From NCBI GenBank assembly GCA_964016885.1, contig OZ024742.1, positions 120,590,001 through 120,654,000 of the forward strand: a DNA stretch of 64,000 bases, written 5' to 3'. Origin of the DNA: Eledone cirrhosa. Its lineage: Eukaryota. This document shows, piece by piece, positions 29,122 to 41,297 of this stretch; the stretch's first letter is position 1, and the number at the start of each line of letters is the position of its first letter. A model generated the notes under the pieces. That model saw only the letters and a list, made by a program, of their open reading frames with translations. It did not search any database and was not told the DNA's origin. The position numbers were made by a program, and so were the translations under genes.

Positions 29122-29258
29122 AACCACTGCCCACACCACCACCACCACTATTACCCCACCACTACCACCATTACTACAACTACTACCACCATCACCACCA
29201 TCACTATCACCCCTGCTACAAGCAACACTACCACCACTACTACCACCACCACCACTAT
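29068..29258. repeat. (TAC)n/(CAC)n compound microsatellite
   Basis: Seen directly. Confidence 0.97.
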
Positions 29259-30036
29259 AGAAGATATCGAAAGAGAGTGAGTGAGTGTGGTAAAGATATA
29301 TACAGAAAATTAGGGTGGACACTAATATGTTAAATAGTGAGAAAAATGATTTGTGTGGATAGAAAATTTGATTTTCTAGCCCTGGGCCAACACATTAGTT
29401 TCTGTAACTCCATTTGCTAGCAACAGTCCAAATGGAACTACTGTACACAGAAATTAGGTAATGATATTATACATTATGTAATTGGCTAAGAGTTGCTTCG
29501 TCAGCAAGAAATTATCTCCTCCATAACCGATCAGCTACCAGCTCATTGCTCTGGTGTACTTTAGTCCTTGGAGTAGTAAACTCAACCTTCAGTGTCATGT
29601 TACTTGACAGCGAAGGTGTGGTAAGCTAACTCTGACTCTTCACAGAGGACACGTTGGCACATATTCATATATTTATATATATTCACGGGGACATGGAAAT
29701 ACTCGGTTTGCTGTCCAAGCATGTGGTTAGCTCACTGGAACTGAGGGACCCCTAGTTCTTGTTAGGACATCATTTTAGGAGAAGGAAAACTCTGATGTAA
29801 AACCTGTGAATCAATGGCAACCACTCATGTTGGATACCTTGCTTTTAGTTACCTGTCACCGTTGTTCAGAAAGTATGAATGGTCCATTGTTCCATTACAT
29901 GTCATTTAACCCTTTTGACACAAACCTGTCTCTGATTTTATGAAACAAAATCATCCTTTTTAAATAGTTCCTATCTAAATCAAAATCTTGCCACATAACA
30001 ATCTTTGGTTAATTTGCATTACAAATATTATCCTAA

Positions 30037-30365
30037 TAATTGTTTCTACTTTTGGCACAAGGCCAGAAATTACCCAGTGCATTACTGGTACTTTATTTTA
30101 TCGACCCTATAAGGATGAAAGGCAAAGTTAACCTCGGCGGGATTTAATGATTTCTAGTATAGGCACATGGCCAGTAATTTGGGTGGAGGGGAAAGTCGAT
30201 TAAATCGACCCCAGTATGTTACTGGTGCTTTGTTTTATCGACCCCTAAGGATGAAAGGCAAAGTTAACCTCGGCAGCATTTGAACTCAGACCGAAAAGGA
30301 TCCTAATTCTATGCTGCAAAGCATGGTGTCCAACTCTCTACCGATACTGCCAATCCACCACCCTA
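30037..30365 (-). mobile_element. Tandem Meta-type SINE copies
   Basis: Reverse complement of the 168-358 family; one full and one partial copy. Confidence 0.85.
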
Positions 30366-30846
30366 AATACCATCATAATAATGAAATAATTAATGATTTT
30401 AGTAACTCTCTCCAAATTCTTCATTAGTTAATTCAAATATTTTATTAGAGTAATGAAATAGTTAAGGGAAGGAGAAAAGCAAAAATATACAAGTTTAGGC
30501 TAGATTCCACAATGAAATAAATAAATTACAAATATTGGACATAGTTTGAAAGTTAAAATAAAGTAAATCAGTAAGTTCCATTCAGAAAACAACCAGCTGA
30601 TGAGGACCATAAGGGATATAGAAACTGAATAGATGGTTTAGAGCTGATGCACATAATATAATAATCAGATAGAAAGATTTAAGCTGGTTCACAATATATA
30701 GAAGAAACCAAGCATATAACAGAGTTGGAAGGAACAGTTTTAAAAAAGAAAGCAATATAGATATCAAATCTATGATTAAAATGTAACTCCATTCCATTTC
30801 AACCTTTAGTATGATAAAGCAGAAGCAACATTCTAGAGTAAAAACA

Positions 30847-30893
<47 letters not shown>

Positions 30894-31219
30894 TGATAAT
30901 GATAATAATAATAATAGATTTTTTGAAAAATGTAAATCAGAAGAATTATTTGCTTGCTTTTGATAAGATCCAAAGATCCTCCCAAAGTCTACTTCTTATC
31001 TTCTTCAATAACCTGATCCAAGTTCTGTTGTTAGATCATAGATTTTTTACTGTTTTCTTTTTCCGATATCTATGCATCCGAAGTATTAAGGGAGTAAATT
31101 TGTTTGTTTTTTTGCTAACACAAAATAGGGTTAATATCAAAAGAAAGAAAAGTTCCCAAAAGATATAAGAAATAAAGTGATTAATATATTTTGCTTTTGG
31201 ATATCTTTTGTCTGAATAC

Positions 31220-31309
<90 letters not shown>

Positions 31310-31897
31310 GTATATATGCATTTATGTATCTGTGAGTGTGAATGATATATGTGAATGTATGTATGTATGTATGCATGCATGCATGCATGCATGTATGTAT
31401 GTATTGACACATACATGTATGTAGATATATATTTGTTCTGTGTAATATAATGTCATATATTTGTTGAATTAATGGGAGCCATATACTATACTTGGAATTC
31501 ATGTGCCGCATTTCTTTCTTAAGATGAATAGAGTTATTTGTAGACCAGCTGTGTATTTCTTTAGCTATGCATATGATTAAAGGCCTAATGTTATATGTTT
31601 TCTACACAATCCTGGCAACAATAAACAACAGAAACTATAATAGGAATCAACATTACTGATTTTACATATCTCAATATATATAGTTTGGTGAATCTCACAG
31701 ACTAGAGATAAACCTATGTACAACAAGTCAAATATATGAACAGGCTTGATCCTTAGTTATCATCATCATCCTCACCATATATACATACATATATATATAT
31801 ATATATGCATACACACATATATATATACATATATATATATACATATATATATATATATCATCATCATCATCCTCATCGTTTAACGTATATATATATA

Positions 31898-32616
31898 TGC
31901 GTGAAGGCGCATGGCTTAGTGGTTAGAGCATTGGGCTTGCAATCGAAAGGTTGTGAGTTCAATACTAGGACCGGGTGATGTGTTGTTTCCTTGAGCAAGA
32001 CACTTTATTTCACATTGCTCCAGTTTACTCAGCTGTAGAAATGAGATGATAGGGACTGGGGTCCCTATCATTCCACTGCAAAGTGGTCGTCGGCACCCAG
32101 CCCACACTGTAAAGTGGACGTGTAGGTGCCACTGCAAAAGAGCACCCAGCCCACACTGTAAAGTGGACGTGTAGGTGCCACTGCAAAAGAGCACCCAGCC
32201 CACACTGTAAAGTGGACGTGTAGGTGCCACTGCAAAAGAGCACCCAGCCCACACTGTAAAGTGGACGTGTAGGTGCCACTGCAAAAGAGCACCCAGCCCA
32301 CACTGTAAAGTGGACGTGTAGGTGCCACTGCAAAAGAGCACCCAGCCCACACTGTAAAGTGGACGTGTAGGTGCCACTGCAAAAGAGCACCCAGCCCACA
32401 CTGTAAAGTGGACATGTAGGCGCCACTGCAAAAAAGCACCCAGCCCACACTGTAAATGAGGTTGGTGTTAGGAAGGGCATCCAGCTGTAGAAATCAAGCC
32501 AGAATCAGTTCCCATATGAGCAAAACAAGGTCAGCCGAGCGGACACTGCCCACAACAGGACAACCCATCTAACCCATGCAAGTGTGGAAGAACGGACGTA
32601 AAATGGTGATGATGAT
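31898..32616 (+). mobile_element. tRNA/CORE SINE with RTE tail and amplified 49-bp internal repeat
   Basis: TGGCTTAGTGG box A, GAGTTCAATAC box B, CORE block, tandem array 32094-32457, RTE 3'UTR, (GAT)n; flanked by (TA)n. Confidence 0.85.
32094..32457 (+). repeat. 49-bp tandem repeat, about 7.4 copies
   Basis: CACCCAGCCCACACTGTAAAGTGGACGTGTAGGTGCCACTGCAAAAGAG starting at 32094, 32143, 32192, 32241, 32290, 32339 and 32388 (variant). Confidence 0.97.
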
Positions 32617-32636
32617 ATATATATATATATATATAT

Positions 32637-33275
32637 CATCATCATCATCATCATCGTTTAACTTCTATCTTCCAGACTAGCATGGGTTTAGACGTGAATT
32701 GTCCTACTTGAGGCAAGATTGGTTGGGTGACCATGTCTCGCTCGTATAGGACTGTCTGGTAGGTTTTCTACAGCTGGATGCCCTTCCTAACACCAACCAC
32801 GTTTACAGTGTGGACTGGGATGTTTTTACCGTGTTACCTACACGGCCATATTACAGCGTTGACTGTGTGTTTTTTTGTCGTGACACCTACACGATCTCAT
32901 TTGTTTTGGACTGGATGTTGTGGTACCAACATAACTTTACAGAGAAAGGGTGGTATTGGTGGGAGTGTGTGGGGGGGGGGTGTAGTGGGATGGGGTATAT
33001 ATTTGGCTAGGAGGTGCCAACTGATTGTAGGTTTCGCTTTGTACATAGGCAAGGCGGGTCTTCTGTATTACTGCGTAGCGCCAAAGTTCTCGGTCCAGTG
33101 ACATTGTCTTCGAGAGGTGTAAGTGTGTAAGGTCGGAATTTATCAAATCGTCCCAGGTTTTTCTGGGTCTACCTACTCTGTAACTTCCATCAATTTTGAT
33201 CGCCCTGCACTTTTTTATATACAACTGTCGTCTTTTATGCGCATCACGTGACCATACAAACGTAGTCTTCTCTTG
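32637..33275 (-). mobile_element. RTE LINE 3' fragment
   Basis: GRPRKTWDDLI...LWRYAV; (ATC)n tail; tail-to-tail with the SINE across (TA)n. Confidence 0.9.
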
Positions 33276-33389
33276 AGTCTTTGTTTTTGACAAGATTTTA
33301 ACATCTTGGCTACAACTGCAAGATATATATATATATGTATGTATATATGATGAGGATGATGATGATGATATATATATATATATATGCAT

Positions 33390-33440
<51 letters not shown>

Positions 33441-33651
33441 TATATATCATCATCATCATCATCACCGTTTAACGTCCATTTCCCATGCTAACATGGGTTA
33501 GATGGGTTGTCCCATTAGAGGAAAGTCGGGTCAAGTGACCGTGTCTTACTCATACAGAACTGTTTCTAGCTAGGTTTCTATGGCTGGATGCCCTTCCTAA
33601 TGCCAACCACATTTACAATGTTAATTCATATATATCACTTATGTCCTTTAA

Positions 33652-33859
33652 CCCTTTAGCATTTAAACCAGCTGTATCTGAACAGAATTCTCTCCCCTCC
33701 TTCTGTTCAAACTGGTTGTAACCGGCCACTCATACTGATGTTAAGGTATTGCTCTCAAAATACATAATATCAAAATTGTGTAGCTTTGATATTATGTGAG
33801 GTAAAGCCTTTACCATGAAAATATAACATTACATATAGAGTAATGTAAATAGTAAAGGG
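33652..33859 (+). mobile_element. piggyBac-type MITE
   Basis: TTAA flanks at 33648 and 33860; same family. Confidence 0.85.
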
Positions 33860-34123
33860 TTAAGGAAAGGCATAAACACCACATCTTCATTGAAACAATT
33901 ACTACACTTTTATTAATTTTTTGTTTTATTATTTTATTGGTCTCAGTCATTTGACTGCAGCCATGCTGGGGCGCTGTCTTAAAGTGATATAGTTGACCAC
34001 ATTGACCATAGTACTTATTATTTCATGTCTGGTACATAGACAAATATCATTGTTTTTCTTTTGTTGAACAGTTACAGGACAGTGACACATAAATGTCAAC
34101 ATAGACACACAAATATGTGTGTG

Positions 34124-34156
<33 letters not shown>

Positions 34157-34204
34157 ATAAGAAGTGTAGATGCATGGCAAAGTTAACTTCGTTTATTCAC
34201 ATTC

Positions 34205-34259
34205 ACTGCTATATATATTTCAGTGATAGCCATTATTAGCTATGACCTCATCAGGCAGT
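34205..34259 (-). ncRNA. Minimal type-I hammerhead ribozyme (mirror copy)
   Basis: Reverse complement of 34371-34425. Confidence 0.85.
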
Positions 34260-34370
34260 AAGAATTTAAAGAGAAAAAAACAGGAAAACATGATGTTGTA
34301 ATGGGTTCTACCCTGTTAATTCATTAATATGTCCAGCTCCTAGGTGTGGTTTTTTTCTGTTTAAATTGTT

Positions 34371-34425
34371 ACTGCCTGATGAGGTCATAGCTAATAATGG
34401 CTATCACTGAAATATATATAGCAGT
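34371..34425 (+). ncRNA. Minimal type-I hammerhead ribozyme
   Basis: ACTGC-CTGATGA-GGTCATAGC/GCTATCACT-GAAA-TATATA-TA-GCAGT; AATAAA follows. Confidence 0.85.
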
Positions 34426-34555
34426 GAATGTGAATAAACAAAGCTAACTTTGCCATGTAGTCTTACACTTCTTATTTTTACATTACTTCGGAGTAAACAA
34501 ACCAACATGCGCACTTCGTTGAGTGCTCCAACCTGCATACTGAGGTGTCGGTAAT

Positions 34556-34903
34556 GTCAATGTGCGTGAATGACCAAGCATAGATGAGTTGAGAAAGAAA
34601 CTGGGTATAAGAGGAATAAGTTGTGGTGTGCAGGAGAGAAGACTGAGATGGTATGGACATGTGATGCGCATGGAAAATGACTGCTGGGTAAAGAAGTACC
34701 AAGAAATCCCAGTAGAAGGAATACGCAGTAGAGGTAGACCACGAAAAACATGGGCGGAGGTGGTGATAGCAGACCTCAGATTGCTGAAACTCACCGAGGA
34801 GATGACGAAGGACCGTCACAAGTGGAGAGATGCTTTGCTGAATAGGACCCATTCAACCCTTGCAAGCAGGGAAAAGCGGACGTAAAATGATGATGATGAT
34901 GAT
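34556..34903 (+). mobile_element. RTE LINE 3' fragment
   Basis: RRLRWYGHVMR...GRPRKTW; (GAT)n tail. Confidence 0.9.
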
Positions 34904-34928
34904 ATTAATATATATATATATATATATA

Positions 34929-36020
34929 TCATCATCATCATCATCATCGTTTAACGTCCGTGTTCCACGCTTGCATGGGTTTGGACGGGGGTTTTCCCAC
35001 TTGAGGCAAGAGTGATTGTCTTGCTCGCATAGGACTGTCTGGCAGGTTTTCTACAGTTGGATGCCCTTCCTAACACCAACCACATTTACAGTGTGGGGCT
35101 GGGAGGTTTTTACCGTGTTGCCTACACGGCCACATTACAGCGTGGACTGTGTGTTTTTTTGTCGTGACACCTACACGATCTCATTTGTTTCGGCCTGGAT
35201 GGTGTGGCACCAACATAACTTTACATAGAAGGGGGCGGTGTGGATGGGGTGGGGGTGGTGGGACGGGGGTGTATTTTGTTAGAGATGCCTACTGACTGTA
35301 GTAGGTTTTACTTTGTAGTGGTAGTGGTGGTGGTGGTGCTGGTGGTGGTGGTGGTGGTGATGGTAGTGGTGGTGGTGGTGATGCCCTTCCTAACACCAAC
35401 CACATTTACAGTGTGGGTCTGGGAGGTTTTTACCGTGTTGTCTACACGGCCACATTACAGCGTGGACTGTGTGTTTTTTTGTCGTGACACCTACACGATC
35501 TCATTTGTTTCAGCCTGGATGGTGTGGCACCAACATAACTTTACATAGAAGGGGGCGGTGTGGATGGGGTGGGGGTGGTGGGACGGGGGTGTATTTTGTT
35601 AGAGATGCCTACTGACTGTAGTAGGTTTTACTTTGTATTTAGGTAAGGCGGGTCTTCTCTATTACTGAGTACCGCCAAAGGTCTCGGTCCAGTGACATTG
35701 TCTTGGTGAGGTGTAAGTGTGTGAGGTCGGAGTTTATCTGCTCGTCCCAGGTTTTTCTGGGTCTGCCTATTCCGTGGCTACCGTCTATCTTTATTGCCCT
35801 GCACTTTGTTATACAGCTATCGTCCTTCATGCGCATCACGTGACCATACCAACGTAGCCTTCTCTCTAGTAAACAACATCTGATCCCTCTTATTTCTAAT
35901 TTTTTCCTTAGTTCGTTTATGCTTTGTCGTTCACGTATATTACTATTACACATCCAGCGGAGCATGCAAGCTTCGTTTCTCTCTAGTCTGCGTATATCCT
36001 CTGCACACAATGCCCAGATA
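34929..36020 (-). mobile_element. RTE LINE 3' fragment with duplicated 3'UTR
   Basis: Near-identical to 5710-6490; segment 35061-35316 repeated at 35381-35637 around a (GGT)n linker. Confidence 0.92.
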
Positions 36021-36186
36021 CTTCCATATTTAAGGGCTATAATAAGTGAAATTTTAGATACAGCATCCTGAAAAATAAAATTCAATTAGTTTAAATGTGT
36101 CTAAATACATCATTCTTAAATACTGTCAAATTTCAGAAACAATTAAAATCGGATATTACTTATGGGATAACACTATATATATATAT

Positions 36187-36602
36187 ATAAAATAATTAAG
36201 TCAAATATGTAAAATTTGGCTTCGTTAATTATAAATTATAGATATACTGCTATATATATTTCAGTGACAGCCTCTTCAGGCAGTCCGAATTGGTGATTCC
36301 AGTTCCTCAGAGGAATAACAACACAACCAGGAGTTGGACATATCGATGTATTGCTGGAGTAAAACACACTTCAACAACATGTGTACCTGTCTTTCCCACA
36401 CCAATTCGGACTGCCTGAAGAGGTCACCGAAATATATATATAGCAGTATATCTATAATTTATAATAAACGAAGCCAAATTTTACATATTTGACTTAATTA
36501 TTTTACATTACTCTGGAGTAAACAAACCAACCTGCGTACTTCGTCTAGTGCTCCAATCTGCATACTGAGGTGTCGGTAAACAACCAACATATACTCAAAA
36601 TT
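36187..36602 (+). mobile_element. Fold-back hammerhead element (arms ~36187-36295 and 36399-36504, tail to 36602)
   Basis: Inverted arms with hammerheads; tail nearly identical to 34475-34555; TA runs on both sides. Confidence 0.85.
36410..36447 (+). ncRNA. Minimal hammerhead ribozyme (stem II reduced)
   Basis: ACTGC-CTGAAGA-GGTCACC-GAAA-TATATATA-TA-GCAGT; mirror copy on minus strand 36246-36284. Confidence 0.75.
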
Positions 36603-36610
36603 TATATATA

Positions 36611-38880
36611 TCCCAACTCCTCCGGATCCGCCACCTCTGCAGTCGAGATGCTGACTTTGAGTCCCAGGCCCTTTCCCTAGTCAGCCATTTCATCCAGAGA
36701 GGTTACTCCCCCCCCTCCCTTATCCACACCGCCCTCACTCGCACACGTGCTGTCCACCGTTCCACTGCCCTCACCCTACGTTACCGTACACCCACCCACC
36801 GTCTCCCCTTTCCTATCACCTACCACCCCTCCACCCTACCCCTCCACCATACCATCCTCCGCCTCTTCCAACGCCTCCAGTCCGACCCCTCTACCTCCCA
36901 CATCTTCCCATCCCCACCCCTCCCCTCCTTCAAACGCGGACACAATCTCTGCATCCTCCTCGTCCACAGCTCCCTAACCCCCAACCCACGCTCTTCTCCC
37001 CCCCCCCCCTTCCCTGCTCCAGGTCTCGTTGCTACACCTGTCCCCACATCACCAACACCACCACCTTCCAGGGTCCCAACGGCCTCTCTCTCTCTGTGCG
37101 GCACGCCTTCCGCTACACCTCCGCCAACCTAGTCTATGGACTTCGCTGCACGGAGTGCAGCGCAACCTACGTCGGACAGACTGGACGTTGCCTGGCGGAC
37201 CGTTTCACTGAAGACCTCCGAGATATTCGTCTCGGCGGGAGTTCCCCCATCGCCCGTCACTTTGGCTCCCCTGGACATTCCGCCCACCACCTCACAGTCT
37301 GTGGCCTACTCCAATGCCACGGAACACCCGCCACCTGCCTCACGGTCGAACAACGCACCATCTTCATCCTACAGACCTACACACACCCCCGGCCTGAACT
37401 CCCCGCCCCTATTCATTTAGCCTTCGACCACCCTGTTCCCCCCACACACACATCCACCACTAACACCCTAACACACTCCTCCTTCTCACTGTCCCACCTC
37501 CTTGGCCCACTCCACAACTAACAATACTACCCCCCCCATCCCAACTAACAATGTCACCCCTCCCCCTATCACGCACACACCCACCTGTACATATATACAC
37601 GCACTCACACTATCCACACACCCTACTACCACCACTAATCCTCATCCACACATCCACTCCTACCACCCCACGCACACGAACACACACACACACCCACACC
37701 TACATACACCACCCACTCCACACACCTAACCACCACTAACCCCCACTTACACACCCGCATCCACACTTTCCCCACCACCAGTATACTAACACCCCCTTTA
37801 CCACACACACACTCATCCAAACTCCCACACACACACCAGTCAACCACACTCCCTCCTCGTCCCCAACACCTTTTCTCCCCCTCTCCCTCTCCCTGCTCCA
37901 CCCACACCCGTTCACTCACACACATCCCACTAACACCTCCACTAATACCCCCCACCCCCCATTACCCCCTCCCCCTCCACCTTTCACACCTACCCATCCT
38001 CTCCCCTGATCACCGCACCTCCGCACACACAGACACACAGTCCTCACCACACACTGACCATTTCTCCACCTGTCATTCTCTTCTACTGCTATCACTTCAC
38101 CCTGCCTTGACCCTCTGACCACTTCCTGTTGCGCGCGCACCCCACCTCTCTCCACTTCCGACCACTACAACCTATGGATTTCACACCACCGGTCATCGTT
38201 CCAGCTATCCACTCCGTAACATGAAAAATATCCAGCAGCTCATCGCACACTCCACGGAACTAACTACCTTAGGAACTTACCCACGGACATACACTCACAA
38301 TTTTTTTCGAACCACGCCACCCACTTCCACACCACGTATAAACACCAACACACACGTGCGTACCCCCACATATACACACTCAGCCTCCAGAATTTACACC
38401 CCACCCTGATCCCTCCCCATCCACACGCACGCACACACCGACCTACATCCCACTCCACGCACACACCTTTTCCTGAACATGGAACCTCGTTCTTCCCCCA
38501 ACTCTCACATTCACATACACACACACACACACACACACGTACACCTACACACATACACAAACACCACCTTCAGCCCTCCCCGCTCGGACACCCCGCCTCC
38601 CTCTCCCCACTCCACCCGCTACCACCCCTAGACGCCCCACACCCTTCCACCACTTATCTTCATGTTTATTTTTATTTTTATTTTTATTTGTACCCCTTCC
38701 ACCGTTCCCCCCCTTTTTCTAAATGTCTCTCCACCACTCCCCCACACCCTCGGAACTCTCTTCCCACCCACTTTTCTCCTGAAGAAGGGCTTATGCCCGA
38801 AACGCCCCCTCCACTACCCTAAAGAGCGTGAAACTAATAAACCTTTGTACTGCCTCTCTGTTTTGTTCCCATTCCATTTT

Positions 38881-38885
<5 letters not shown>
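36611..38885 (+). mobile_element. Penelope-like element (Neptune-type) 3' part: RT thumb, Zn-finger linker, GIY-YIG, C-rich UTR, pLTR end
   Basis: SQLLRIRHLCS...FIQRGYS; PCSRSRCYTCPHI; NLVYGLRCTECSATYVGQTGRCLADRFTE...IARHF...H; CTGAAGAAGGGCTTATGCCCGAAAC at 38778-38803 followed by AATAAA. Confidence 0.9.
37096..37420 (+). pseudogene. GIY-YIG endonuclease domain (PLE), frameshifted
   Basis: VY..C..C...YVGQT.R....R..E motif; GLN end motif in the alternative frame. Confidence 0.85.
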
Positions 38886-38917
<32 letters not shown>

Positions 38918-38922
<5 letters not shown>

Positions 38923-39056
38923 AAACTTGGATGGGAACAAAAACAGAGAAGCAGTACAAATAAAAGTTCCGGGGGCTGAGTGTGTATATGTGGGGATACG
39001 CACGTGTGTGTTGGTGTTTATACGTGGTGTAGGTGGCGTGGTTCGATGAGCGCGCA
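38918..39056 (-). mobile_element. Inverted, internally deleted copy of the Neptune 3' region
   Basis: Reverse complement of ~38840-38885 joined directly to ~38308-38390. Confidence 0.8.
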
Positions 39057-39204
39057 CATATATATATATATACATATATACTTATATATACATATATATA
39101 TATACACATATATACATATACACATATATATATATATACACATATACATATATAATATTAAAGATACTATTTATAGTTATGTATATACTATACTATAAAC
39201 AACT

Positions 39205-40070
39205 ATAAACAGGGAAGGTCAGTAATTTATTACTACCTTATTACCAGTAAGAGAAATAGCTCAATGTAAGAACATCAGGTGTTTTACAGAGCAGTAATAT
39301 AGATTACACAAGTATCAAAGTTATGTTTAAAACATTTAATCGCTGACAATTGTTTCTTCCAAACTTAAGCTTGGAGTCCTCGGAGCATTATCAATGTTTG
39401 TACATATAATTAACCTCCTATCCAACTGAAGAAACATACAGATACATATATATTGATGTTGTGGACAACAGTTTCATGTTTACAGGGTGGAATGGATGCG
39501 ACATATATTATACGAGAATAGTACAATCATTCAAATTAAGATTAAAATTAAAAACTAAGAATTAAAATTAAAATGAAAAGCACAGAGTGGAATACATGCG
39601 ACAGATAATACAGGAGAATAGTCTAATAATTAAAGAGATAGTACATGCGTTAGTCATATATAAAGGAATGGAACAAGCAAATGTATTATGCATATATGAG
39701 TACTGTATGGCAAGGTATTACATAAAATACAAGCAATTTAAGCGAATATGTTAGTGTATTATGGGGGATGCAATGCGATGATATTTTCTGTATAGTTCAA
39801 ATTTGTATGTGTGTAGAATATGAAAGTTACAGATTTCACATCCATTACATATGTTAAGTTATATTTGTATTGAATATTTGTTATAGTAATGGATTGTAAC
39901 TTGGTGTTATTGTATTCATATTCATGGATTAGAGTTGTTCTACTGCGAGAATTTTCAACGGTTTAATATGTACAAACATTGATAATGCTCCGAGGACTTC
40001 AAGCTTAAGTTTGGAAGAAACAATTGTCAGCGATTAAATGTTTTAAACATAACTTTGATACTTGTGTAAT

Positions 40071-40071
<1 letters not shown>
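39205..40071 (-). mobile_element. Fold-back hammerhead element (arms 39302-39407 and 39966-40071, ~560-bp spacer, tail at left)
   Basis: About 105-bp near-perfect inverted arms; minus-strand ATTGAG tail motif at 39260-39265; TA-rich flanks. Confidence 0.8.
39984..40035 (+). ncRNA. Variant-core hammerhead (CCGAGGA); mirror copy on minus strand ~39338-39389
   Basis: AATGCT-CCGAGGA-CTTCAAGCTTAAGTTTGGAA-GAAA-CAATTG-TC-AGCGATT. Confidence 0.7.
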
Positions 40072-40113
<42 letters not shown>

Positions 40114-40114
<1 letters not shown>

Positions 40115-41015
40115 TAGCATTAAAGCCCGGCGTTGCTCGGGGTCATTAAGTTACCAAAGTTAGGTTGCACCACCCATTTTATGGCAGCACTTTTTTGTCT
40201 GCCAGGCACTGGGTGAATGAATTGCAGACCTGGAAGCATGAGCTGCGCAAGCAGTGACAATTGTAGTTTCGCCTATGGATATTATCTCTGTGCAAAAAAC
40301 CGTTGAAATTTATTGTTTCGCAGTACTTGCGCAACACGCGCGTAGACGATGCCAGCCGAACAACAGAGCTGCGATGGAGTTGTTCTGCATGGTTGTCTGT
40401 GTGTTTTCTAAATTTAAGACAGTAGGGAGGGTTGTGATATGAGGGAGAGTTAGCTGTTGTTTCTAGCAGGTTTAGTGACCTCATAGAGGATATGTGTTTT
40501 CTAAATTTAAGACAGTAGGGAGTGGTGTGATATGGGGAGAGTTAGCTGCTGTTTCTAGCAGGTTTAGTGACCTCATAGAAGATATGTTTTCTAAATTTAA
40601 GACAGTAGGGAGGGGTGTGGGGAGGGGTGTGATATGGGGGAGAGTTAGCTGTTGTTTCTAGCAGGTTTAGTAACCTCATAGAGGATATGTGTTTTCTAAA
40701 TTTAAGACAGTAGGGAGTGGTGTGAACGGACAGTATCACCATCAAGCTTGGAAAGAGAAAGTAGCAGAAAGTATGAAGTTGTATAGATTTTGAATGGTAG
40801 TAGAAAGGTTTCAGCAGTTTAAATGAGAGAAAAAAATCGTAAAATATTGAGTTTTATCTATTTTTTGCGTAATTGTGGGTGAAATTGAAAAAATTATCTG
40901 CGTCAAGACGCAATCGAAACTATTTCGAATACTGAATTGTAAATTTCAATTGAAGAAATTCTGTATCGTAGATTTCTATAACGAAGGAGCATGACCACAC
41001 ACTGAGCTTTATAGA
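40114..41015 (-). mobile_element. Non-autonomous Helitron with internal ~90-105-bp tandem repeats
   Basis: 3' hairpin CCCGAGCAACGCCGGG plus CTAG; TCTATA 5' end; repeat units start at 40408, 40501, 40591 and 40696. Confidence 0.8.
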
Positions 41016-41121
41016 TTATGATGATACATATACAAACACATATATAGATATACACATATATAAATATACACATAAAAATATATACATACATACACACACA
41101 CACATATATATATGCATACAT

Positions 41122-41171
<50 letters not shown>

Positions 41172-41174
<3 letters not shown>

Positions 41175-41256
41175 AACGATTACCCACTCTACTACCCTAA
41201 GTATTGAGTATTTTGGTGCGTTATGGTCCACCTGGTTCCTTACCACATTTCCTTCG

Positions 41257-41258
<2 letters not shown>
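41172..41258 (+). mobile_element. Solo PLE-type 3' tail (family B) between two (TA)n tracts
   Basis: Same sequence as 48110-48165 and reverse complement of 47945-48017. Confidence 0.75.

Positions 41259-41297
<39 letters not shown>

Larger units (their letters stand above)
34158..34555 (+). mobile_element. Fold-back hammerhead element (arms ~34158-34280 and ~34350-34474, tail to 34555)
   Basis: Near-perfect inverted arms, each containing a hammerhead; TTGAGTGCTC tail motif at 34519; (TA)n at left. Confidence 0.85.

Noticed and set aside
30590-30640. CTGATGA...GAAAC hammerhead-like motif
   Set aside because: Stem II and stem I pairing are poor and there is no tail or inverted arm; at most a decayed relic
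32094-32457. CRISPR-like regular repeat
   Set aside because: Units are contiguous with no unique spacers, derive from an RTE/SINE tail, and the context is eukaryotic with no cas genes
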